From NCBI GenBank assembly GCA_976226885.1, contig OZ320316.1:87482001-87546000 (forward strand): 64,000 nucleotides of DNA. The letters run 5' to 3'. Under the pieces are notes generated by a model that was not told the DNA's origin, ran no database searches, and saw only the letters and a program-made list of their open reading frames with translations. Source of the stretch: Iphione sp. A-MEVVRFRX5. Its lineage: Eukaryota. The first letter of the stretch is position 1; each line of letters starts with the position of its first letter. Below are positions 55,101 to 64,000 of the stretch, one piece after another. Position numbers and translations under genes: made by a program.

Positions 55101-58009
55101 GTAAGCGGTGGGAGGAGGAGGAGGAGATGAGCACCTTCTGGGGGCTTCAACAGCAGATGGAGCGACGGCCACAGTGCAGCTGGTATCCCGGCCCCGACTT
55201 CCGGGCAGCTCCCCATCTAAGCGGATTACCGACCGCCTCAGGAGGCACACCAACGGCGAACGACGCCCCAACTCTGAAAGGATTGTCTCCACGAATATAT
55301 AGATTTAGTCGTAATGGATCTACCTCCCTCTTCGGTCTCTTCCTGAAGAAATATTGCTACAAAAACATGCATACAGTATCAGGGAAATACAAACCGAATT
55401 GTGTAAAATTGCTTTACTTATGGTAAATCCTCCCATCGATTTCAGTGTGTCTGAGGAGGCCTGCTTGAGGAATTGGGGTCGCAAAGAGAAGTGGAGCCTA
55501 ACCACCATGTTTATAAAACACGTGAATTTTAGTTGACAAGTGGTCCTTCCGCTACAGTGGAATTTGATATTAATCGAACCTCTCGGGGAAGAGTATATTC
55601 ATTTCCCGTGTTGTAGCTATCGGCTCACCGTACAGTATTTCATAAAGCGCCAATCAAGTATCAGCGTTATCTCTTATAAACAGAACTCAAATCATTAGCC
55701 CAGCTTGATTACATTAAAGGCTCCCCAGACACGATGGCATTTTATCTTGACACATCGCTTCCTCATATTGATGTACCTGAAAGTATTACTTTAATCGCAA
55801 CAGTATGGCAATAATGATGGTCTCCAGCAACCTAGCAGTATTTGACTAACTATGCTTATTTCTGTTTCGATAGATAATTGCGAGAACGGGCCTGAGTTTG
55901 TATTAAACATTGCATAAGGGCTCATTGTTTATGTATTGAAATACACATTTTTAAATGTGTTCTCTATTTTGGTTTATGAAATAATGTTTATGGTATATCA
56001 GGTAGCCGTTCAGCTATCCCTTGCTTCGACATGAAATGAAACTCAGAAAGGAATGTATCTGTCTTTACACTCAGATCTGGAAGGAGAAATACTTAGAATC
56101 GTGTTTATGAAAACACCTCGTAAGTCAAGCAGTCTTTTGGGGCTCAAGTGCATGAACACAAAATTCTGTTGATCAAGAGGCTCTGTATACACGTGGACTG
56201 TGTCATTCTTATGAAGTCAGGTCTCCTTCAATAGTCGGGTGGTACTGTTATCATCTGGCTATCATTACATGCAGATGTGTTCTACGCTGTCACAGGGTAA
56301 TGTTCATTTTTTTCATCTGTGCAAAGCCGATTACATGTATTTGACAATGGTAGCCTCATTGAATCAAGAGGCAGTTTTAATATCCTTGCGTTTTATGATA
56401 GTGGTACACCGTACAAGTAGATTATACCTTCATCAAAATGTGAAACTTCACTTTATTAATTCTTCGACTATACTGAACAATTCAAGTTGGAAAATTATAT
56501 TTTTGTCTCATTAATTTATACAAAAGCTTCCGAATTCTTAGGATATCTGTTGCGACTTGAAATCGATGTCTTTATATTTTATATGAAAACAAAATGTATA
56601 TAGACATATATATTATAAATTTGTGAGGGAGAGTACCAGCACGTGTTTCCTCTGAGAAAAGTATTTATGTCAAGAAGGAGCTCATACTATAAAAAGCGTT
56701 TCTGCCCTTGGTAGGTAATTTTCGCAAGAGAGCAATACTAATGAAGCAGCCCAAAGCAGAAAACGGTGCAGGGGCCTGTTGGTAGACAATCAGTCATCGT
56801 TAGTCTCCTTTGTGTTCACATCCTACACCGGGTATTCATGTCCCCTACGGCCTTTCATCTTAATACAACCAAGCAGCTGCAACTAAAGTATAAATGCATC
56901 CTATTTCTAGGCCCACATTGTCCGACAAGTTATGATTCTGAGGGCGTCTGAAATAATGCAGGCTTCCGTATTTACAGCTCAACATATAACCTCTTTCTAA
57001 GCAATTTTTATGTTTTTCACTTGCAGGCCTTGGAATATGTCGGCAACAAACTACATCCTGGAAAAAGGATCGTTGAGACCCTGAACTTCATAAACCACAC
57101 CGAATGCGCATGCGCTCCCATACAACAGATACCGGAGTAAGAGCAATCTTTTCTCTTTTAACAATTAAAAAAAAATTCGATCAAGTAAAATAACACATAT
57201 AAATATCATGTGTCTAAACACAAAGATGTGTGATCTCGGTGTAGATCTTTGTTTTCTTATTCGGGCTCATTACTGGGTCGAGCAAAGGGCCTTGAAGATA
57301 ATTTTATTACCGTAAATCGATGTTGCAAGTGCTGTTCAGCTATTGTACACAAACCAGAAGCACATTTGAATGAGGCAATGGTATCCGATGCGCAGGTGTC
57401 GGGAATGCCCGTTTCCGTTCAACCTGAGAAGAGAGAATAAGACGGACTGTACTTGTGACTGTTTCGATCGAGACCATACCTGCATACACATCAAAAAGGG
57501 GAAGAGTCCTCTTCACGAGCAGGAGCTCAGGTGAGACAACCAGAAAACACACCTATTCGACCTTCGCTTTTCACAGTGCTTTGAGGTAGCAGCACTGTGT
57601 GTATACATCGTTCGTATGTAGTAGATTCCTTATACATCGAGTGGTAGTATTTGTTACCATTTGTGGTCGTATATATGTGATAAATCACCTATTCAAGAAA
57701 TAATTAGTCTTTTGCTATAATCTTATAAACATTGATTTATCAATACCGCTTAAACGCAACAATCGACAATACAATTGAGGTTGTGTGTCAGTATTAATCG
57801 GACAGCTTTTCGTCATTCTTTTTAGGTTGATTAAAGAAGGTAAACGCCTACGACCCAAGTGTCAGTATGGGGTATTTGGCCAAGAGAGTATTCGAACTGG
57901 TTATTGTCCACGACGGAAGTCGAAGCAGAATCGCCAACCCGCATCGGAGGAATTGGTCAGTGGTTATGGCGCGGCGGAGACGGCAAGAAAGCGAGGCAAC
58001 TGGGGCTGA
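19008..58009 (+). CDS. PDGF/VEGF-family growth factor (PVF-type), spliced model join(19008..19160,42530..42920,52814..53043,57027..57136,57396..57530,57826..58009), 400 aa
   Basis: Exon lengths 153+391+230+110+135+184 = 1203 nt form an uninterrupted frame ending in TGA. Every intron is GT..AG and phases match across all junctions (0,1,0,2,2). Domain order (signal peptide, propeptide, cystine knot, Cys-rich tail) matches the PDGF/VEGF family. The link of exon 1 across a 23.4 kb intron is inferred. Confidence 0.85.
27890..28520 (-). mobile_element. Highly decayed LINE RT relic
   Basis: Minus strand, in order: LIDVQKVY (compare IDFSKAFD), ALLF...LSDDTY (compare LLF..FADDT), RRF..FFSKLKR...LLL..KASVR (compare RRLYFLRKLKR..YKA.VRP), ADRIQ. 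Confidence 0.45.
31460..31640 (+). mobile_element. Possible L2-like RT relic
   Basis: IQSAF...H....ELL and LLHMHTAY (compare QSAY...HSTETALL and LLDLSAAF). Weak. Confidence 0.25.
35700..36875 (+). mobile_element. Decayed LINE (CR1/L2-clade-like) ORF2 reverse-transcriptase 3' fragment
   Basis: RT motifs appear in order, with stops and frameshifts: QHGFLPGGSTKTAL...IVTFDMTRLFDLLNRAL...GVD...NRTQ (from 35867), GLCLNVRK, KVKILGYTLDRKIS, PIDY...LHGLQRVHTKSVRMVMG, RSFTYVGARMW, DSIKMFSKK*. Confidence 0.8.
38074..38420. mobile_element. PIF/Harbinger-type MITE (TTA target duplication) in PVF intron 1
   Basis: TTA at 38071-38073 and 38421-38423. Imperfect TIRs ggcccagctctaaaataggcgtgtttctggtaac / gttaccagaaacaaagctatttttgttttggcc. 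Confidence 0.72.
40500..40900 (+). mobile_element. Highly decayed LINE RT relic
   Basis: YPQHTLLS (compare VPQGTVLG), EIRLFAHGCGLYQ at 40582-40620 (compare IRLFADDCLLYR), and later NYLG/KLLG-like segment. Confidence 0.5.
42530..42920 (+). CDS. PVF exon 2: propeptide (VPKAVSVHDFSEVLKKANSYHDVLRVF...) plus polybasic linker
   Basis: Polypyrimidine acceptor cttctttcatttcag|G and donor AATG|GTAAGA (phase 1). The start resembles the PDGF N-terminal propeptide pattern. The trailing G joins GT of the next exon to give GGT (Gly) in frame. Confidence 0.85.
47150..47570 (-). mobile_element. Highly decayed LINE RT relic
   Basis: GKGHTLSPKGISLFIDDIP at ~47456-47510 (compare KQG.TLSP.LF.LFI.D), followed by frameshifted LSVVIFY...W.SVV and RHIG segments. 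Confidence 0.42.
48967..48984. repeat. Perfect 18-bp palindrome TTGGAAAGGCCTTTCCAA
   Basis: Self-reverse-complementary, read directly. Confidence 0.9.
49212..49245. repeat. Perfect 14-bp GC-rich inverted repeat with a 6-nt loop
   Basis: cgacgtctgccgcc-gatggt-ggcggcagacgtcg. Confidence 0.9.
50900..51100 (-). mobile_element. Possible LINE RT relic
   Basis: SFVKNRH..., GVRQG*P and MRLFVPDT occur in order, with an apparent internal deletion. Weak. Confidence 0.3.
52814..53043 (+). CDS. PVF exon 3: N-terminal part of the PDGF/VEGF cystine-knot domain
   Basis: Translates to MDHDAALKHYKEMETMAKCRLPVPVVLRIRDISNAASKVYFPPCTIVHRCRADAGCCNEASTCASSKNTTIQRSFF, containing the C..PPC.....RC....GCC......C signature. 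Acceptor tttcag|, donor TTC|GTAAGT (phase 0). Confidence 0.95.
57027..57136 (+). CDS. PVF exon 4: end of the cystine knot (ALEYVGNKLHPGKRIVETLNFINHTECACAPIQQIP)
   Basis: Acceptor tttttcacttgcag| (phase 0). F.NHT.C.C motif typical of VEGF/PVF supplies Cys 7 and 8. Donor GA|GTAAGA (phase 2). Not present in the supplied ORF track. Confidence 0.93.
57396..57530 (+). CDS. PVF exon 5: Cys-rich C-terminal domain (CRECPFPFNLRRENKTDCTCDCFDRDHTCIHIKKGKSPLHEQELR)
   Basis: CAG|G acceptor with a weak pyrimidine tract, donor CAG|GTGAGA, phase 2-2. The C..CP.PF...C.CDC.....C..IK.G..PL pattern matches, from my recollection, the C-terminal domain of invertebrate PVFs. Confidence 0.85.
57826..58009 (+). CDS. 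PVF exon 6 (terminal): LIKEGKRLRPKCQYGVFGQESIRTGYCPRRKSKQNRQPASEELVSGYGAAETARKRGNWG*
   Basis: Strong acceptor ttttcgtcattctttttag|G in phase 2. P.C.YG.F......G.CP completes the Cys-rich domain. Ends in TGA at 58007-58009. Confidence 0.8.
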
Positions 58010-59019
58010 GGCTCTAACAGCGAGCCCAAACCACACTATGTAATCCTGTGTTATGCAGTTGCTCACCACTTATGTTCTTATGACAAGTATGCAATCAAAA
58101 CGTTGTTGGAGAGGTTCGATATACCTATACCGATGTCTTTATGCAATGCAAGATTATAACCGAGAAACCAAGTTGCTCTCCTAGCGCAACAGCAACCGTG
58201 CTTGCTGCCCTACAAGGCTTGTAGGTAGCTGTTCATTCCAGTTGGTTAGTGGAAGTGGTGGAGTGGTTTGCGGACAAGGGGCGCGCCTTGGCGTGGCGGG
58301 ATAGTCACTGAAGAACGCGAAGTGGCGGTCGCAGTCGCTGTTACGGCTGACAAGGCGACAGACTGCTACAGCGCCAAGGTCACCGCTCGCTGAAGCCGGC
58401 CTCGTCGTCCAAATCATACATCAGCGGCGAGCAGTCAGACATCAAAGCAGACTAGAGATGGATGACAAAAATGTAGAATTCAGATGTCTGGGTGCTCTAT
58501 CGTGCACGGAGTGTGAGTACCTCACGGATGAATATTTCAATCCACGTCTAATATATATGATATGCGCAGGATCCGAAAGTGGATGAACCGGAGCTGAAAC
58601 ATATTATTCTTGATCCTAAACTTTAGGTCAACCTAATATTCCTGAATTAATTAATGTAAATACTATTTCAACGTGTAAGTATATACAGGAAACTGTTTTA
58701 TATCATGTGTGATGTATATATTGCAACAAACACATTAGATAGTAATCGGATATTGCAACCACTTTACTTCCTGTCCGTACTATTAGATTCAATTACATGT
58801 ATATGTAAGTTCACCAAATATCGATGATATACTGTATAGACACTTCTGCGCAAATAAGCATAGCATACAACACTACTGTGATTGATGGATATCGTTACAG
58901 GTTATTGTGTATGTTGTTATGGCACCATATAATGTACCAGTGCGCTAGAACTTTAAGCGATTAACTTTTCCCCTTTTTAGCATTAATGCACCAAGAAATA
59001 TCCAAGTTGTTTAGTAAAC

Positions 59020-59200
59020 AATACCAAGAAAACCGTGATAATTAATTTTTTGAGGAGTAGCTTGCAATTAATGCATGACGGGACGGTTAAGACCACCTTG
59101 GCATTAGATATGTATGGAACGAAGCAATGTCATTGGTGCTCTAATAATATATTGGAGCATCCGATATCCCTTCTGGACCGCAGACCTTGTCACCGAAATA
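59020..59200 (-). mobile_element. Possible LINE RT relic
   Basis: DKVCGPEGI (59164-59190, compare KA.GPDGI) followed by ...HGFL. Spacing is shorter than canonical. Confidence 0.3.
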
Positions 59201-62200
59201 TTTTACCGGCAATAGAGAAGGTAATAACTACCTCATAAAGTATTCTCTGTCACATATCTGCTTCAGAGGACCGTTCATACGTATTGCCTTCTCTGATCCG
59301 CCTTTGTTCATCACAGTTCTCTCCCTTTTCATGGAATAATACTGTCATAGCATTCTAGAACAGCAAATGGTATATCTAATTGAAGAGCTGTGAAATCGAT
59401 GTTAATGTGTTTAAAATGGATCAAATTACTGCGTTCACTTCCAATATACCAATAATCCCATTACTCTCTATTACAGTCAATTACAGACTTTGGTATTTTA
59501 TTCACCAGTCGGTAGAGAAGAGAATACGAGGGCATTTTGACGAAAGTAGATCATAGGCTAGTTCTCCAACTCTGATAAGACGACTATGTCGTTCTTAAGT
59601 CGATCTTCATCTCTTCAGTGTCTTTCAGAGAGAATCAATGCATGACCTGATTGAAATTATAGTTCTAGGTGGATTATTTTACGTACACAATATTCTTCAT
59701 GTTCTCAGACAGGGCAAAGGTCAAGTAACATGTAAATATCTTGCGATGCTTTCTGTATGTAGATTTAATCCAAAGACAGTACCACGCTTTCCTATTATCA
59801 TATCAGGTCTATATCAGCGGGCATGGTTTTAGGACAAAACCTTTCTAAATAATTTAAATGATACTATCCTCAGATTGCGGGTAGTATTTTTTTTTAGCAA
59901 GACACACCATGTGGTACGCAAAGAATGTCTCTAGAGATTGTCTTGGCATATTTATGCTGAATATAGGCGAGAAAATCTTTATGTTGTTATTTTTTCCCGT
60001 TTGGTATAGTTGCGAGATTCTCACGCTTGGCGTATTGTGCAGGAAAACCCTGCCTTGATTCTACTTAAACGCACAAAATGATTGATACATATACGCCAGC
60101 GACATTCTCAATATCTAAGCGGGGTTCATTTCTAGATCTGTACCTTGCTTAATGGACTGAAAGACCAGTTTGCTTTCATAGGCTACAAAATAACGTATCG
60201 TCTTCACCATGACTCGTGAACCGTGATTTATCTTATATATGGCTTAATCATATCCTAATGCAACTTACAGAGCAAACGGCGGAGATAGTGGTGCTGGATG
60301 GCCTGTACAGGCGGTGTGCCATATATTGCACCAAATTGCTATGAACAGATGAATTAATAAGATGGCACAGTCAGGGACCGCGACTGTGATCGGGATGGGA
60401 ATGTAACACTGATGATAATGCATAACTTATCGTGGAAGCCGCAGGAAAGGCATCGGTTTGCTTCACGGTTTCAACATTCTATGTGATGGTGGTGTTCGTG
60501 GCATTTACTATATATTCGCGTAGGATGCTAGTCTCACACAAATGATTATCTAAAGTGTCTGAGTCCCACGCCATGCAAGAGCAAATCGTCATTGGTCGCA
60601 CGATTGTCTGATTCTTACAATGAATTTTATAAGTGAATCGTTAGTGCCACTTCGTACGAGTTGCGATGTAAATTGAGTTTGGTAATTACTGAAATATATT
60701 TCTTACGGAATAATGATATTGTGACTATTAGGGAGAGTGGTGCAGGGACCAGGACCTGGAGTGCGGCTGTGTGCATGTAGGACTAAGAGAAGAGGCTCGC
60801 ATATCTAATGTAAGGTAGAAGGAACGTCACTGAGATGCTGGCTTTGCAATCCAGTTATTGACAAGAAAAGCAGTGTGTCAGATGGTGTGCTGAAAACTGA
60901 AAAATAGCGATGTAATTGAATAACACTTGTATTAAAGCAAATATTTTTATCGAAAGAGTAAACATTTTAGTATATTCTGGTTGAGACGAAATAGATCTTG
61001 TTTCTGAAACAGGCCTGCACGGTTGGTCCGACGTTTGTTGAAGGTTGGTCGGCCTGGCGACTGGTGCTGAGTCGGTAGAAGTGACAAGTTATATTGGATC
61101 ATGGAGAACATCGTCGTGTCAGGAGTTAGTTTTAATGTGATGGATTTCAAAATAAATATCCCTCGAAATTCATTATTGTTAACCCTGATGTTCTGTAATA
61201 TTTCTAGCGCTGCCATTTCGTTGCAAATACAATTGTGTTGTAAATAGGGGTTACGATGTAGGATATAGACATACATGTATATTTTTGCGCGCACCTTTCA
61301 TACCTTTCTATATAAAGAACTCCTGATTTTCAATTTCTAGAAGTGCTTGGATCTCTATATGCAACGGCCTGTGTGTCTGTACGTGCGGCCATCCGTCGTA
61401 TTATCAGACGACAGCAGACCTCAGAGATTGGGATTAGGGTGAAGAGGCCGTCTAACGGCCACTTGTTCGCCAGCAGTTCTCTTCTTGCCAAGTCCCCTGT
61501 CTACCCTCTCCTCACCCGTTGCCCACCCACCTCCCCATGCGCCTTGTCCGTTATCTGCCTACACGGAAGACTGCGCCGCAAGTTCGCCTCAGTTCCACTA
61601 CATCGCCATATTTCGGCGTAGATACCGACTAGATGGTATGAAATGGGCTTAGAAATATTAAAAATACCGGAAAATTACCTCGTGCTAGTCTCCTGTCGAG
61701 GCCTGGGAAGATTATTAGAAGTGAATATGCATATAGTGGATGCCCGTGTCTACCCAGCCTGCATTTCATCATTTTTCTATGACAAGAAATTTACCATAGG
61801 AATTTTTCAGCATGTTTATTGCAATTTTACTGAAATTTTCCCGAAATGTTCATGTACCCAAAATGTAAAAATTCTTATATTCATTTCCCATTTTGCCACT
61901 GACTGAAAAGCTTAACAAGGGTCGTCTCGGTTACCAATAATGAAACACGTAATATTCGCTTTTGCCGGCCAAAAGTATTACGCAGCACTGCTGTTATGGA
62001 TTCGCACGAACCGTGTCGACAAAGCAATCGACTGGCGGCGGCTGGAAATGTTGCATAGAAAATGTATGCAAGCGAATGGTCGTTTTATCATCGCTGCGCA
62101 CTGCATCAAAGCGGTCGTGTAAGCCTACCGTCATAAAGTGAAAATGCTGCTGTCGAAAGATGAAACGCTGCCCTTATTCTACCGGAAGTGCCTCTTCCAG

Positions 62201-62429
62201 TGCATTAGACGGGAGAAAAGGGGCGCGCGAGAGCGGTGGCGGCGCCAGTTTATAAAAGTACTTGTGGCCCTATTATCCCCCAATATGAGCAGTGTGATAT
62301 GACAGTCGACAAGACAGGGAGGTATGTATCACCTTCTGGTCAAGTCATAAGCTATAGGCATGTGCTGAGTGCAGTGCTCTGCCACGCAGCCATGGTTGTG
62401 GTAGGGCGGCCCTTTCCTCCGTGGTCGTC

Positions 62430-62620
62430 GCCGACCGATCAAATCCTCCATCCTGTGACCACTCAAGTGGCCAAGGCTCTTGAGGTAAATGAAAGTATAA
62501 AGGAGCCCAGCAAGCAGCATGCCAGTCCGGCCACGCGACCCATCACAACAGAGTGCTGTGTTAGCAGCCTTCTTTCCTTGGCTTTTTCGTCCAAAATGGG
62601 ATATGAATGAGCGGTTCGGG
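62430..62620 (-). mobile_element. Possible LINE (RTE-like) RT relic
   Basis: HFGRKSQGKKAANTAL and LLYTFIYLKSL (compare QFGF..GRST..AI and LY..FIDL.KAF). Weak. Confidence 0.25.
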
Positions 62621-64000
62621 AAGCTGCGCAAAAGTGGTATTAGTCTCTAGGGCAATCTAGCGAGCTCAAAATCCAATAAGAAAGTGCAATTGTCCCAGCT
62701 CATACCTTGAGAGGAAAAGCATACTGGTAGCAAAGAAGAGAATTTCCGTTATTCTCCTTAACTTTTCGATCATATATTCATTCCTGTCTCCTATCTCTCC
62801 CCCCTCCCTTTGCAACTCGTTCTCTGTAGCCTCTCGCTGCTTATCTGTGCTCCCACTATCACTTAATGCACATTTTCCTTGCCCTGAAATAAGAAAAGGG
62901 GCCTGGATATATTCAGGCACGCTGTCTCATGAAACCGGGAAGTAGATGCAGTCACTGTTTGGCGATCAACCCTATCCCCTATTAGACCGATAGTGTCTGA
63001 CCAAAAGCCCGAGTCCGTCTCAGATCGCTTTCTTGCCTTTGGAACGGCCTGGTCCTGTAGATTATGGCAGTGTTGTGTGTCTGGACGACGGGCATTACCA
63101 TGCCAATAACAGTGATATCTAGTCAGACATCAAAGGATTCTGCTGCTATTTCCAGATCGCTCACTAATTCATGCCTCACATGATATGCTTGTCCTGGAAA
63201 GCCGGCAAATTCAACAAGCCGGTGATATTGGTGCTGTCCCTAGCAACAATCTTCAAAAATTCAAATGAAGCCCGGCCAAGCGTGATAAGTATCCATCTTT
63301 ATCAACGCTTCTCCGAGCGTTTTATTTAGCAGTGATACTGAAGTTATTGATGAAGATCGCGTTTTATTTCCATAGCATTTTTGCTTCGTGTTGCAAATGG
63401 CACTGCTACATATTACTGGTGATATATAGTTACCATCAAGGACATTTATTGTGGCATTTCAATTCTGCGCAAGCAACATAAATGACACAGTAACAATGGC
63501 ATGAATATAACCAACAAATATATGTTTTGCCGCTGCATTTGTATTTGTAATTCCAGGTGCATGACCAGCCTTCATGGGCGCCAGATGTCTTGGAGGTTTC
63601 CTTTTATCTTCCTATGTTCGTGACAGCAAAGGGGTTGCGCTCGTCTAACCTTTCTTCACGCAATATTAATGACGTTTCCTCTTAAGATGATAGACAATGA
63701 TTTGATTTGGTATTCTATCATTAACAAGGAGGTATCTGCATTTAGATAAATCTGAGTAGGGGCCAATATCTGTAGGGGATTTATACGGCATGTTTCTTTC
63801 TATCGTTTCTGTCAGTGGCGTTCTTCAATTTACGAAGATATAGTGTTAACTCATAAGAAGTATCCGAATCCAAACAGTGGCAGTTTTTCCTTGCAAGACA
63901 AAAGCGTCTCCTAGTCCCATCTAAAGGTTGAAGAACTATTAGCTCTGAGGTTAAACAAATTATGATTAATAAGGTGCGATATTCCGTTTTGGTGATATAC

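Noticed and set aside
54560-55426. Cluster of overlapping ORFs in a GC-richer part of intron 3
   Set aside because: No recognisable domain, and no splice sites that fit the PVF frame without disrupting the cystine knot.
1-64000. CRISPR arrays, operons, rRNA, tRNA or other prokaryotic and phage systems
   Set aside because: No regularly spaced repeat-spacer units, no long ORFs and no tRNA A/B-box cloverleafs were seen. The sequence behaves as spliced animal DNA, and the short ORFs in the track are consistent with chance.

Overview
This is AT-rich, intron-rich eukaryotic (animal) genomic DNA. It looks like a marine invertebrate such as amphioxus or a lophotrochozoan, but the taxon cannot be fixed from the sequence alone. 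Nearly all ORFs in the supplied track are spurious. I can support one protein-coding gene: a + strand PDGF/VEGF-family (PVF-type) growth factor, assembled by hand from six exons (19008-19160, 42530-42920, 52814-53043, 57027-57136, 57396-57530, 57826-58009). All introns are GT-AG with matching phases (0,1,0,2,2). The spliced CDS is 1203 nt (400 aa): signal peptide, propeptide, polybasic linker, complete 8-Cys PDGF/VEGF cystine knot and a Cys-rich C-terminal domain. The remainder is non-coding: a CpG/GC-rich region upstream of exon 1, a cluster of nested MITEs (TTAA-, TTA- and TA-flanked), and several very decayed LINE reverse-transcriptase relics. I found no prokaryotic, CRISPR, rRNA or tRNA features and no wholly new system. 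The most interesting observations concern the PVF gene itself: multiple competing start codons and uORFs, built-in isoform switches at the 3' end, loss of a Cys pair, and a Tat-like basic tract.
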